A stretch of DNA of 64,000 bases, taken from positions 236,746 through 300,745 of the forward strand of contig CAZPYM010000001.1 in the NCBI GenBank assembly GCA_964590105.1, read 5' to 3'. Shown here piece by piece: positions 17,014 to 26,954 of this stretch; the stretch's first letter is position 1, and the number at the start of each line of letters is the position of its first letter. The stretch comes from an uncultured Gammaproteobacteria bacterium. Lineage in GTDB: Bacteria > Patescibacteriota > Patescibacteriia > UBA11705 > JABHMO01. The position numbers and the translations under genes are program-made. The notes under the pieces are model-generated. The model worked only from the letters and a program-made list of their open reading frames with translations, was not told the DNA's origin and ran no database searches.

Positions 17014-17089
17014 GCCAGCGTAGCTCAGTTGGTAGAGCAGTGGTTTTGTAAACCATTGGTCGGGGGTTCGACTCCTCTCGCTGGCTCCA
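17014..17089 (+). tRNA. tRNA-Thr (anticodon TGT), encoded CCA
   Basis: Acceptor GCCAGCG/CGCTGGC; D-arm TAGCTCAGTTGGTAGAGC; anticodon stem GTGGT/ACCAT with loop TTTGTAA; T-loop TTCGACT; U73 then CCA. Confidence 0.8.
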
Positions 17090-17129
17090 TTAATAAACAA
17101 TTCTATAATCAATTATAATCACTACATGT

Positions 17130-17285
17130 ATGGCCCAGGATAACATGATTAAATTTCAGTGTGCAGACTGCAGGGAAATCAATTACAATTCAAGACGGAA
17201 CAAGAAAACTGTCAAGCAAAAACTTGAATTGAAAAAATACTGTAAAAAGTGCAGAAAGCACACCAAACACAAAGAAATTAAGTAA
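17130..17285 (+). CDS. rpmG: 50S ribosomal protein L33
   Basis: Translation MAQDNMIKFQCADCREINYNSRRNKKTVKQKLELKKYCKKCRKHTKHKEIK carries the L33 Cys4 zinc-ribbon pattern and the 'LELKKYC..C.KHT.HKE' signature. At 51 aa it is below the ORF-track cut-off. Confidence 0.9.
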   Translation: MAQDNMIKFQCADCREINYNSRRNKKTVKQKLELKKYCKKCRKHTKHKEIK

Positions 17286-17313
17286 AAATCAATAAATTTT
17301 ATAAATGATTTTT

Positions 17314-17339
17314 AAATCCGCTAAAAGGCGGATTTTTTT
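17314..17339 (+). terminator. Intrinsic terminator AAATCCGC-loop-GCGGATTT + T-run
   Basis: 8-bp stem plus TTTTTTT after rpmG. Confidence 0.75.
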
Positions 17340-17402
17340 GTTAAAATAGCGGTATTGACATCCTTAATATAATTTGTTACTATCAAACCACGTTTTAGGC
17401 GC

Positions 17403-17702
17403 ATGTCAAACAACCAAGGAGGAGGCAGCATGCAATTGTTTATTGTGCCGCGGGATGAGAATCCCGCAATCATCAGGGAGCCGAGCAAGGCGCTTCGTCA
17501 GTTAAGTCAGATCGCAAGCGATGACAATGTGATCGTCATCAGCGGCAAGGTCCGGAGAGTGCCAACATTCTTCGTCGACAGAGAGAAGAAGGCAGTCAAT
17601 GCCAGATTCCTGCGAAGATACGGCCTGCGTTGGAGCGAGCGCCTCGGGCGCTGGGCCCAGAATGGCGACAATGGCCTCGGCCGGGTGATCATCGAAGTAT
17701 AA
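17403..17702 (+). CDS. GC-rich small basic protein of unknown function (compositional outlier)
   Basis: About 58% GC by inspection in a ~30% GC neighbourhood. A possible start at 17430 follows AAGGAGGAGG. A terminator follows. Confidence 0.4.
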   Translation: MSNNQGGGSMQLFIVPRDENPAIIREPSKALRQLSQIASDDNVIVISGKVRRVPTFFVDREKKAVNARFLRRYGLRWSERLGRWAQNGDNGLGRVIIEV

Positions 17703-17721
17703 TTTGATTTTTTTCAGAAAG

Positions 17722-17746
17722 CCTGGCTCCGTGAGCCGGCTTTTTT
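17722..17746 (+). terminator. Intrinsic terminator (CTGGCTC-CGT-GAGCCGG + T6)
   Basis: Hairpin plus TTTTTT after the 17403-17702 ORF. Confidence 0.6.
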
Positions 17747-17796
17747 CTTGAAAAAAACACTTGCTTGGGCTATTATTGAACTGGAACTATTGAGAA

Positions 17797-19485
17797 ATGA
17801 AAAAAAGTTGTATGAACTGGTTAATAAAAAATAAAGTAACAATCTGCCTGCTTCTGCTCGGAACAGTTTTTTTTGTTATTTACTCGTGGTTTTTCTTTAG
17901 CACCACAATTGATACTGTTTCTTCATCAGGGCAACACTATATTTTCAGTTGGCCTGATGCAATGTCCAATAATTTTTTTATTCATGAATATATTGAAAAA
18001 AATAATTTTTACAAAAGCGAGGCACTCAATTTACAGCTTGGAAATATAATTCATCCTCGAAGTACAAATGTCGCAGCCGGCGGCAAAATTGTGCCCATGA
18101 GTTTTCTTGGTATGCTGATTATTTACGGCTGGATCGGCAAGTTTATTGGAAAATTTTTTGTAATGTTTCTGACTCCTTTTCTGGCTGCGGCCGGCGCGGT
18201 ATTCTTTTTCGGATTAGTAAAAAGAATTTTTAATCAAACTGTTGCTTTTATAAGCTCAATACTATTGTTTACTTTGGCTTCATATTGGTATTACGCGAAT
18301 TTGGTAATGCTGCCGACAATATTATTCGTTTTTTTGGTGATTTGCGGTATGTATTTTTTTGTTCGGCAAACTGAACCAGATGAAAAATGGCGGCGCGCAG
18401 TTTTTTCAGGAGCCAGTGGTCTTCTGCTGGGTCTCGCCGCGATTACTAGATCCACTGAAGTGTTTTGGCTGGCGGCGCTCATTGTAATTCCCCTGATTTA
18501 TTACTGGCGTCGAGTAAAATTTTATCAGGTGATTATTTTTTTAATTTGTCTATTGATCCCGTTGGCAATTCTTTTGTATTACAATCAACAGATTTACGGC
18601 AATTACTTTACCGTTGGTTATTTAAAAATCAATGAAAGTCGCGGAATGCTTAATCGATTGCCGGATGAATTGGCAGTAAATAAAGGCTCACAACTGTTTG
18701 CTTACGCCAAACTATTAATTGCTCCTTTTGGGTTCAATAAATTGAGCGTTTGGCTGAACGTGAAAAAATATTTTATTGATTTTTCGTGGCCGTATTTTTT
18801 GCTGTTTGCGATTGGCGCCGCTGCTTGGGTCAATAAAGCGCGCCAAAAATTGGCGCAGCGGCAATTGGTATATGTGATTTGTTCAATCGTAGCGGGAACA
18901 TGGCTGATTGTATATTACGGCAGTTGGGAATTTACCGACGAATTGGTTTTGCGCAACAACACGATTGGCAGTTCATATACCAGATACTGGCTACCTTTGA
19001 CCATTTTAATCCTGCCAATGATTGGATACTTATTTGACCAACTGTTGAAATTCAAAGAATACAAAAAAATATTTATATCTGCAATTGTTTTTTTTATTCT
19101 TGGGCTAAGTGTTTTTTCTTTTAATCAAGTTTATCAAACTGTCGGCGACGGACTTTTTGATCAGCAAAAAGTTATTGGCAAATATCAAGAACAGGCTAGC
19201 GGGGTGGCAAGGCTGATAGAACCGGACGCAATTGTAATCAATGACCGGGCTGATAAGATTTTTTTTCCTAATTATCGGGTGGTAATGTTTAATCTTGATT
19301 ATTCTATCTTTGAAAAAATTAAGCCCGTTGTCGGGCAGGTGCCAATATATTATTTTACGGAACGGCCGGAAATCGATATCAATTACATTAATGAAAAGAA
19401 AATAAATTCATTGAATCTCAGGCTGGATAATCCACAGACGATTGACCCGCAATTTCAATTGTATAAATTAAGCCAAATAAAATAA
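17797..19485 (+). CDS. Polytopic membrane protein, possible GT-C-type (ArnT/PMT-like) glycosyltransferase
   Basis: More than 10 predicted TM helices with a C-terminal soluble domain. 562 aa. Architecture only. Confidence 0.35.
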   Translation: MKKSCMNWLIKNKVTICLLLLGTVFFVIYSWFFFSTTIDTVSSSGQHYIFSWPDAMSNNFFIHEYIEKNNFYKSEALNLQLGNIIHPRSTNVAAGGKIVPMSFLGMLIIYGWIGKFIGKFFVMFLTPFLAAAGAVFFFGLVKRIFNQTVAFISSILLFTLASYWYYANLVMLPTILFVFLVICGMYFFVRQTEPDEKWRRAVFSGASGLLLGLAAITRSTEVFWLAALIVIPLIYYWRRVKFYQVIIFLICLLIPLAILLYYNQQIYGNYFTVGYLKINESRGMLNRLPDELAVNKGSQLFAYAKLLIAPFGFNKLSVWLNVKKYFIDFSWPYFLLFAIGAAAWVNKARQKLAQRQLVYVICSIVAGTWLIVYYGSWEFTDELVLRNNTIGSSYTRYWLPLTILILPMIGYLFDQLLKFKEYKKIFISAIVFFILGLSVFSFNQVYQTVGDGLFDQQKVIGKYQEQASGVARLIEPDAIVINDRADKIFFPNYRVVMFNLDYSIFEKIKPVVGQVPIYYFTERPEIDINYINEKKINSLNLRLDNPQTIDPQFQLYKLSQIK

Positions 19486-19633
19486 TATCTTTGCCAAGTA
19501 AAAGGTCATGATGAGCTTGCAAAATTATCAAAAATTAGGTAAAATATAATAGATAATTTATATAATTATTTAAAAGGGAACACAATGCGCCAATGATTGC
19601 GCATAATTGTTTCTAATTTTGATTTAAAAAAAT

Positions 19634-20638
19634 ATGGAGCAACGAAAAAATGTGTTGGTTTTAGGCGGCGCCGGTTTTCTCGGCGCGCATCTATGCGAAC
19701 GATTATTACAGGACTCAAATGTGATCTGTGTTGACAATTTTTCATCCAGTAGTGAGAACAACATTAATCATTTATTGCGAGCGTCAAATTTTAAATTTGT
19801 TCGGACAGATATCTCAGAACCGATTGACTTGGAAAGCAACAAGGACCTGGCCGCTTTTCAATTAAATGTTTTCGGCATTAAAGAAATTTACAACATGGCC
19901 TGTCCCATGTCAGTAAAGAATTTTGAAAAATTCAAAAAACAAACTATTTTGGCAAATACAACCGGGTTGATTAACTCACTCGAGTTGGCAGTAAAATATC
20001 AAGCTAAATTTTTGCAGGCCTCCTCGTCTGTTGTTTACGGACAAACCGAAAAAGATTCCTTTGTCAAAGAAGATTATCGCGGGATAAACGATATGCTTGA
20101 TCCCCGAGCTTGTTATGATCAGGGCAAGCGCTATGCGGAAACAATTGTGCAGGTTTATCGCGAAGTGCACAAAATTGATACCAGAATTGTGCGCATTTTC
20201 AGAACCTATGGACCCCGAATGTTGCTTGATGACGGTCAGATGATTCCTGATTTTATTTTAAACGCATTGGAAGACAAGGATCTGACAGTTTACGGTACCA
20301 AGGAATTTCGGACTTCGCTCTGTTATGTCAGCGATGTTATTGAAGCGTGCATCAATGTTATGAATGCGCCAATTGTTGACCCGGTCAATGTAGGCAGTTC
20401 AGATGTATACAAGTTGACGGACGTGATAGATAAAATAATCGAGCTAACAGGTTCCAAATCAAAAGTAAAATTTGAAAAAGAAAAATTATTCATGCGCGAA
20501 CTGGCTTTGCCTGACATAACTAAAATTCGTGAAGCAATCGGTTGGATCCCGGTAATTACACTTGAAGACGGACTCCGAAAAACAATTGACTTTACAAAAG
20601 CCCACAAAGATTTGCTCAATTTTTCAACTGATTTTTAA
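19634..20638 (+). CDS. uxs: UDP-glucuronate decarboxylase (UDP-xylose synthase), extended SDR
   Basis: 'VLVLGGAGFLGAHLCERLL' Rossmann motif and 'YDQGKRYAET' catalytic YxxxK motif typical of UXS. Confidence 0.75.
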   Translation: MEQRKNVLVLGGAGFLGAHLCERLLQDSNVICVDNFSSSSENNINHLLRASNFKFVRTDISEPIDLESNKDLAAFQLNVFGIKEIYNMACPMSVKNFEKFKKQTILANTTGLINSLELAVKYQAKFLQASSSVVYGQTEKDSFVKEDYRGINDMLDPRACYDQGKRYAETIVQVYREVHKIDTRIVRIFRTYGPRMLLDDGQMIPDFILNALEDKDLTVYGTKEFRTSLCYVSDVIEACINVMNAPIVDPVNVGSSDVYKLTDVIDKIIELTGSKSKVKFEKEKLFMRELALPDITKIREAIGWIPVITLEDGLRKTIDFTKAHKDLLNFSTDF

Positions 20639-20655
20639 TATTTATTTGAGACTCT

Positions 20656-21321
20656 ATGCGGGTATGCGCTGTCGTTCCAGTATATAATGAAGAAGAAACC
20701 ATCCATCGAGTGCTGACAGAACTGTTGGCAGCTGGTTTTCATGTGGTGGTTGCCGATGACTGTTCACAAGATAAGACAGCTGATATCGCTCGCCGATTGC
20801 CGGTTCATTATCTAAGGCATTGGATCAATTTGGGGCAGGGAGCGGCTCTTCGGAGCGGCACACAGCTAGCCGAACGATTGGGATATGAAATAATAATGCA
20901 TTTTGACGCCGACGGACAACATCGGACTATCGACGCAAAGCTGGTTGTTCGGAAATTAATTGAAGAAAATTTAGAGGTTGTAATCGGTTCAAGGTTTTTG
21001 CAAACAAAATCTGAACTGCCATTGAAAAAAAAGATTGTGCTTTGGCTGGCCGGCATATTTACCAGGAAGATTCTTAAGCTCAATTTTTCTGATCCTCAGA
21101 GCGGCCTCAGAGCATTTAGAACCGATGTTCTTGATAAACTAATGTGGGAGAATGATGACTTTTCACATTGCACTGAGATTCTGGAACAAATATCAGCCAA
21201 TCGTCTAAAGTGCAAAGAAATTGGCATTAAAGTTGAATACAGCAATTACAGCGGATCAAAAAAGGTCAAACCGCAAATACGTATGGGCTGGCGATTGCTA
21301 TTAAATAAGTTATTAAAATAA
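20656..21321 (+). CDS. GT2 family polyprenol-phosphate glycosyltransferase (GtrB/DPM1-like)
   Basis: 'VVPVYNEEETI' and 'VVVADDCSQDKT' GT-A motifs. 221 aa. Confidence 0.7.
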   Translation: MRVCAVVPVYNEEETIHRVLTELLAAGFHVVVADDCSQDKTADIARRLPVHYLRHWINLGQGAALRSGTQLAERLGYEIIMHFDADGQHRTIDAKLVVRKLIEENLEVVIGSRFLQTKSELPLKKKIVLWLAGIFTRKILKLNFSDPQSGLRAFRTDVLDKLMWENDDFSHCTEILEQISANRLKCKEIGIKVEYSNYSGSKKVKPQIRMGWRLLLNKLLK

Positions 21322-21322
21322 T

Positions 21323-21697
21323 ATGACCATTTTCCAGATCATAATTTTAATTTTCATTATTATTGTGATTTTGAAATCAGCCAGGCGGGCGGCGAAAAAA
21401 GAAATTTCATTCTGGCTATTCGCGCTCTGGACAATTTTTTGGATTTTGGTGGCGGTGGTGGATTTATTCCCGGTGATTATTAACAAATTGGCAGACTTGC
21501 TCAAGGTTGGCAGGGGAGTCGATCTAATGATCTACCTGGCGCTCTTTGTTTTATTTTATCTTGTTTTTCGCCTGACATTAAATATAAACAAAACAAACAA
21601 GAATTTGTCGGAAATTGTCAGAAAAATCGCACTTGACCGAGCGGAGATCGAGCCAACCTGTGCAGATGAAATTGAAATATCATTGACTGACGATTAA
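21323..21697 (+). CDS. Small membrane protein (DUF2304-like), partner of GtrB-type GT2
   Basis: Two to three TM helices. Its position immediately after the GT2 gene is typical. Confidence 0.4.
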   Translation: MTIFQIIILIFIIIVILKSARRAAKKEISFWLFALWTIFWILVAVVDLFPVIINKLADLLKVGRGVDLMIYLALFVLFYLVFRLTLNINKTNKNLSEIVRKIALDRAEIEPTCADEIEISLTDD

Positions 21698-21704
21698 AGA
21701 TCCT

Positions 21705-22772
21705 ATGGAAAAAGTCGCGATTATCCTAGTGAATTACAAAGATTACGCTAATCGTTTTTTGGCAGAATGCCGAGATTCATTGCGCCTGCAAGATTATCCT
21801 GGCGATAAATTTAAAATTTTCATTGTTGATAATGCCAGCAGTAAAGGTTCCTTGGAATATCTAAATACAGCCTATCCTGAAGCGGAAATAATCGCCCGTC
21901 CGGATGGAAATTATTCAGCGGCAAATAATGCTGGAATCAAAAGAGCCACTGAACAAGGCTTTAAGTTGTTCGTTATTGCAAATATGGACACCAAATTTGA
22001 TCATTACTGGCTCCGGGAATTGGTCAAAGCTGTGAATACGGGTGAGCAAGTCGGCATTGCTCAATCAAAAATACTTTTGTACCCAAAAAACAAAGAAGAA
22101 TGGAATAATCCGCTAATAAATTCAAGCGGTAACATAATGCATTTTCTCGGATTTGGTTTTACTTCTGATTATGGAAAAAAAGATTATGCCATAAATTCGC
22201 GCCTGATTAGCGGCTATGCCAGCGGCTGTTCATTGATTATAAAAAAACAGGTACTTGACAAGACAGGTGGCTATGATGAAGAATACTATATGTACCACGA
22301 TGATATTGAGCTTTGCTGGCGGGCAAAGTTGGCTGGCTATAAGATTGCTCTCGCACCTGATTCTAGGGTGTTTCACAAGTATGAGTTTAGCCGGAGCATC
22401 CTGATGTTCTATTATATGGAGAGAAACCGCTATCTGGCAATGTTCAGTTATTATAAATTTTTAACAATATTGATTATTCTGCCAATGATATTAGCTATGG
22501 ATCTTGGTATTCTGGCTTATTCAGCGGTTAATGGAAATATAAAAGCTAAATTAAAGGTTTATTTGTATTTTTTGAAAAGGAAAACCTGGCAACATGTTTT
22601 TCAAGTCAGGAAAAAGGTGCGGAAATTCCGTATTGTCAGGGATAAAGAAATAATTCAGTATTATTCCGGATCGGTGCGATTCCAGGAAATTGATAATTTG
22701 TTATTAAAATATATAGGCAACCCGCTTTGCGAAATATACTGGCGGATGGTGAAAAAAATAATACTCTGGTAA
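21705..22772 (+). CDS. GT2 family glycosyltransferase
   Basis: 'FIVDNASSKGS' and 'YHDDIELCWRAKLAGYKI' motifs. 355 aa. Confidence 0.65.
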   Translation: MEKVAIILVNYKDYANRFLAECRDSLRLQDYPGDKFKIFIVDNASSKGSLEYLNTAYPEAEIIARPDGNYSAANNAGIKRATEQGFKLFVIANMDTKFDHYWLRELVKAVNTGEQVGIAQSKILLYPKNKEEWNNPLINSSGNIMHFLGFGFTSDYGKKDYAINSRLISGYASGCSLIIKKQVLDKTGGYDEEYYMYHDDIELCWRAKLAGYKIALAPDSRVFHKYEFSRSILMFYYMERNRYLAMFSYYKFLTILIILPMILAMDLGILAYSAVNGNIKAKLKVYLYFLKRKTWQHVFQVRKKVRKFRIVRDKEIIQYYSGSVRFQEIDNLLLKYIGNPLCEIYWRMVKKIILW

Positions 22773-22777
22773 TCATT

Positions 22778-23350
22778 ATGTTTAAAAAAATTATAATTAT
22801 AGTCGCTGCAATCATCATATTGCTGATGATTGGCCTGGTAAAATTTTGGTATCCTGATTCTCAGATGCAGCTGAGAAGGGCTTTCCAATATGTTTCGGCT
22901 ATGCCAATCGAACATTTTTATAATACTACGGAGAAGCGGTGCGGGATTTGGTATGAAAGATATTCCGGCGACACCCTGGTGGAAAGTGCGAAAAAGAACA
23001 ATAAAATTAAAGATTGTTTTCAAAAAGCCTTTCAATCTTGCGAGCCTAAAAACATTCTTTTAGTAAAAGAATCAAGTGAAGCAACTGAAAAAAATATAAT
23101 CTATACGCTCATAAGGACAATAAAAGCCAATGACGCGGGAGAATGTATTATTCAAACATATCAGGATGAATATTTTACTAATCCAGTGTTGCAGGATGAA
23201 TTACCGATTAGCTATATTAATACTTGTACAGTGTTGAATAATGATTTTATAAGCAGTTGCGAACCGCTCTATGCCAAAGAAAGAAAAACAAAGTATTTAG
23301 AAATGGAAACACAGGCAGACTCCGGCGCGACAGAAAACATAACAGAGTAA
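22778..23350 (+). CDS. Membrane-anchored hypothetical protein (Cys-containing extracytoplasmic domain)
   Basis: Start trimmed to the ATG just after the upstream stop. N-terminal TM 'IIIVAAIIILLMIGLV'. Confidence 0.35.
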   Translation: MFKKIIIIVAAIIILLMIGLVKFWYPDSQMQLRRAFQYVSAMPIEHFYNTTEKRCGIWYERYSGDTLVESAKKNNKIKDCFQKAFQSCEPKNILLVKESSEATEKNIIYTLIRTIKANDAGECIIQTYQDEYFTNPVLQDELPISYINTCTVLNNDFISSCEPLYAKERKTKYLEMETQADSGATENITE

Positions 23351-23354
23351 CTTC

Positions 23355-24506
23355 ATGAAAAAAAATATAAAAATCGCCCAATTGGTTTGCATTTTGCCTC
23401 CGCTAGCCGGAGGCATTGGCATGGTAGCGCATTCTTACGCCGATCAATTGACCAGGCGTAATTATGATGTGACAGTTTTTACGCCAAAGCAAAAGACTGA
23501 CATGCGGGCGGACAAATCATATAAAGTTATTGCGCTTTGGCCCTGGCTGAAAATCGGGCTTGGCGCGATAATGCCTCAGCTGTTGTGGCGGCTGTGGCGC
23601 TATGACATTGTACATTTTCATTATCCTCTTTTTGGTAGCGCTCTGATTGTCGCTTTGCTGAAAAAAATTCGAGGCAATAAAATAAAATTGATTGTTTCTT
23701 ATCATATGGACGTAAATCTGGAAGGCTGGCGCCGGCTCTATGAGGTCGTTTGTCGTAATCTGTTTCTTGGTTTTATACTGAATAAAGCGGATAAAATAAT
23801 AGTTTCTTCTGAAGATTATATAGAAAATTCAAATATTCAGCATTATTATTTTCAGCACATCAACAAGTTTATTGAGCTGCCGTTTGGTGTTTCTAGGGCT
23901 TTTGCGCCTGCCCCAAAAGACAACAGTTTGTTGCAAAAGCACGGTCTGATGCCGAACGACAAAATCGTCATGTTTGTCGGCGGGCTTGGAGCAGCGCATT
24001 ATTTTAAAGGAATTAATTTTTTGATTAAAGCTATCTCACTTATTGAAGATAAAAAAATTAAAGCTCTTATTGTCGGCGGCGGCGGCCTGTTGCAGCATTA
24101 TAAAAAAATTGCGCTAAAATTTGGTGTTCCCGAACGAGTCAAATTTACCGACTATGTTCCAAAGGAATTGCTTATTAAATACTACAACCTGGCGGATGTG
24201 TTTATCTTGCCTTCAATTAACAATTCAGAAGCTTTTGGCATTGTCTTGCTCGAGGCCATGGCCTGCGGCAAGCCGGTAATCGCTTCAAATCTAAAAGGCG
24301 TGCGCAGTGTGGTGGATCCCGGCGTCAATGGATTATTAGTTGAACCAAAGAACAGCCTAGATATTGCTGAAAAAATAAAATATCTATTTGAACATCCTGA
24401 AAAAATGCAGCTTTTCAGCCAGCATTGTCTTGATTCTGTTGCCGCTAAATATCGCTGGGCTGTTATTACCGATAAACTTGAGAGTGTTTACAATAAACTT
24501 TTCTAA
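23355..24506 (+). CDS. GT4 (GT-B) glycosyltransferase
   Basis: 'EAFGIVLLEAMACGKPVIAS' EX7E-region motif. Confidence 0.7.
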   Translation: MKKNIKIAQLVCILPPLAGGIGMVAHSYADQLTRRNYDVTVFTPKQKTDMRADKSYKVIALWPWLKIGLGAIMPQLLWRLWRYDIVHFHYPLFGSALIVALLKKIRGNKIKLIVSYHMDVNLEGWRRLYEVVCRNLFLGFILNKADKIIVSSEDYIENSNIQHYYFQHINKFIELPFGVSRAFAPAPKDNSLLQKHGLMPNDKIVMFVGGLGAAHYFKGINFLIKAISLIEDKKIKALIVGGGGLLQHYKKIALKFGVPERVKFTDYVPKELLIKYYNLADVFILPSINNSEAFGIVLLEAMACGKPVIASNLKGVRSVVDPGVNGLLVEPKNSLDIAEKIKYLFEHPEKMQLFSQHCLDSVAAKYRWAVITDKLESVYNKLF

Positions 24507-24509
24507 AAA

Positions 24510-25703
24510 ATGAAGATTTGTTTAATTACAAATTTATATCCGCCTTTTGCCCGAGGTGGCGCGGAAGAGGTGGTGAGAATCACGGTTGGCGGCTTGATTA
24601 GCGCTGGTCATGATGTTGTGGTTATTTCCACCAAGCCCGGATTCGGTCTCAGTGTTGAACAATCTCAAAAACTCAAAGTATATAGATTCAGACCGCTGAA
24701 TCTTTTTTATTATCTAAATGATCATAAACATAATATTGTTGTCCGTTTAATATGGCATTTTTTGGATATGTTCAATTTATCTAGCGCACTTACGGTAAGA
24801 AAAATTTTAATTAATGAAAAACCGGATTTGGTAATCACTCACAATTTAATGGGACTTGGATTTTTGATTCCCAATGCAATTTTTGCCTGCGGGATAAAGC
24901 ATATCCATGTACTCCATGATGTCCAGCTAGCCGTGCCGTCCGGATTGATTTTGAAGGGTAAAGAAAATGATTTCTCGGCAGACAGCTTTCTCACAAAGTT
25001 ATACGCGAGATTTTGCCGCAATCTTTTTATTAAAGTTCAGGCAGTAATCTCGCCGTCGCAATGGCTTTTGAATTTTCATAGTCAAAAAGATTTTTTTCCA
25101 AAAGCAAAAAAATTGATTATCCCGAATCCAACATCCCTGAATCCGGCGAGCAGACAGAAAGACGTAAGAACAAATAAATATTTATTCATAGGGCAATTGG
25201 AAAAACACAAAGGAATTGAGTGGGTGCTAAATATTTGGCGAAAAAATTATATCAAAGACGAGCTTTTTATAGTGGGTGACGGGACAATGGAACTTGACGC
25301 AAGTGATATAAATGCGCAAATAATTGGCAAAGCGCAGGGAGAGGAAGTGAACAAAATATTTGCTCAAGCTGACTTTTTGATTGTGCCCAGCCTTTGTTAT
25401 GAAAATTCACCGACTGTTATTCCGCTAGCCTACAAAAACGCTACGCCGGTAATTGTCGCAGACATTGGCGGGGCGGCGGAACTGATTTATGAAGGCCGTA
25501 CAGGATTTAAATTCGAAGCTGGCAATGAGCAGTCTTTTTTACTGGCGCTTGAAAAAGCCAAGGTCTTGCCACTGACCGAATATACGGCGATGTCTAAAAA
25601 TTGTTTGGAGGAAACCAAGGAATTTAGCGTTGAAAAATATATTTCCGAAATAATAATTTTATCGAATAATCTTAAAGCCGTCCAGTATGCAGGGATTGAT
25701 TGA
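24510..25703 (+). CDS. GT4 (GT-B) glycosyltransferase
   Basis: C-terminal 'ENSPTVIPLAYKNATPVIVADIGGAAELI' GT-B motif. Confidence 0.65.
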   Translation: MKICLITNLYPPFARGGAEEVVRITVGGLISAGHDVVVISTKPGFGLSVEQSQKLKVYRFRPLNLFYYLNDHKHNIVVRLIWHFLDMFNLSSALTVRKILINEKPDLVITHNLMGLGFLIPNAIFACGIKHIHVLHDVQLAVPSGLILKGKENDFSADSFLTKLYARFCRNLFIKVQAVISPSQWLLNFHSQKDFFPKAKKLIIPNPTSLNPASRQKDVRTNKYLFIGQLEKHKGIEWVLNIWRKNYIKDELFIVGDGTMELDASDINAQIIGKAQGEEVNKIFAQADFLIVPSLCYENSPTVIPLAYKNATPVIVADIGGAAELIYEGRTGFKFEAGNEQSFLLALEKAKVLPLTEYTAMSKNCLEETKEFSVEKYISEIIILSNNLKAVQYAGID

Positions 25704-26298
25704 ATTAATAATTTCATTGGGATATTTGCATTCTGAAAATATTATTGAAGCTTTCAAAAAAATAAAGCGCGATGATTTTATTTCAGGATTGGAAAAAGAA
25801 TATGCCAAAGAAAATCGCCCCTTATCAATCGGCTATGGCCAGACTATTTCTCAGCCAATGACTGTTGCTTTCATGCTGGAGAAACTCCAGCCTCGTCCGA
25901 ACGATCATATTCTTGACATCGGTTCAGGGTCGGGCTGGCAAACGGCTTTATTATGTGAACTAGTCGGTGAGAAGGGAAAGGTTTATGCTATTGAAATTAT
26001 CTCCGAATTAAAAAAGTTCGGCCAGCACAATGTACAAAAGTATAAGTACTCTAATGCAAAGTTTTACTGTCGTGATGGGGCATCCGGTTTAAAAAACAAA
26101 GCGCCATTTGACAGAATAATCGCCGCAGCCTCAGCTGAACAAATTCCCATGCCTTGGCTGGAACAATTAAAAATTGGCGGGCGGCTAGTTTGCCCGATAA
26201 AGGAAAGTATTTGGCAAATTGATAAGATTAGCGAAAATCAATTTGATAAAAAAGAGTTCACGGGTTTTGTTTTTGTGCCGTTGGTCAACAAAAAATAA
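25687..26298 (+). CDS. pcm: Protein-L-isoaspartate O-methyltransferase
   Basis: 'GYGQTISQPMTVAFMLE' and 'ILDIGSGSGWQTALL' PCMT signatures. Confidence 0.85.
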   Translation: MQGLIELIISLGYLHSENIIEAFKKIKRDDFISGLEKEYAKENRPLSIGYGQTISQPMTVAFMLEKLQPRPNDHILDIGSGSGWQTALLCELVGEKGKVYAIEIISELKKFGQHNVQKYKYSNAKFYCRDGASGLKNKAPFDRIIAAASAEQIPMPWLEQLKIGGRLVCPIKESIWQIDKISENQFDKKEFTGFVFVPLVNKK

Positions 26299-26322
26299 AA
26301 ATTACAAACTAAAATTAGTTTT

Positions 26323-26775
26323 ATGACTCTGAAAAAATATAAAAACAAACGAAACTTTCTAAAAACCAATGAACCAAAAGCAAAGATTAAAAAAGCGACA
26401 AACAAAAATCTGATTTATGTGATTCAAAAGCATAGCGCTAGTCATTTGCATTATGATTTGAGGTTAGAAAATGCTGGAGTGCTATGGAGCTGGGCAGTGC
26501 CAAAACAGCCTTCGGACTCCGGCTTAAAGCGCTTGGCTGTGCGGGTTGAAGATCATCCGGTTGACTATGCTTCATTTGAAGGTGAAATCCCTGAAGGAGA
26601 ATACGGCGCCGGCACAGTTAAAATCTGGGACAAAGGAACCTGGCTTCCGCAAAGCGTTGAGAAGGATAAAATAGTTTTTGAATTGAATGGAAAAAAACTA
26701 AAAGGAAATTTTGTTTTGGTTCAATTAAAAAATCAGCCGAAAAATTGGCTGTTTTTTAAGTTATCAAAAAAATAA
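26323..26775 (+). CDS. Stand-alone LigD-type 3'-phosphoesterase domain protein
   Basis: 'VIQKHSASHLHYDLRLE..GVLWSWAVPK...LAVRVEDHPVDYASFEGEIPEGEYGAGTV' matches the LigD PE domain signature. Confidence 0.7.
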   Translation: MTLKKYKNKRNFLKTNEPKAKIKKATNKNLIYVIQKHSASHLHYDLRLENAGVLWSWAVPKQPSDSGLKRLAVRVEDHPVDYASFEGEIPEGEYGAGTVKIWDKGTWLPQSVEKDKIVFELNGKKLKGNFVLVQLKNQPKNWLFFKLSKK

Positions 26776-26777
26776 TT

Positions 26778-26851
26778 TGGCAGGGGCGGAGGGAATCGAA
26801 CCCCCGCTAGAGGTTTTGGAGACCCCTGTACTACCACTATACTACGCCCCC
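26778..26851 (-). tRNA. tRNA-Trp (anticodon CCA), encoded CCA
   Basis: Reverse complement folds with acceptor GGGGGCG/CGCCCCT (G1.U72), anticodon stem GGGGT/ACCTC with loop CTCCAAA, T-loop TTCGATT, and G73 then CCA. Confidence 0.8.
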
Positions 26852-26954
26852 GAATGTGATATTAACTCTTAAAAAAGTGTATCATAAATTATTCCAGATA
26901 TCAATATAAATAATAAAGATGCGTTTTGAGCGCATCTTTTGTTAAAATGTTTAT

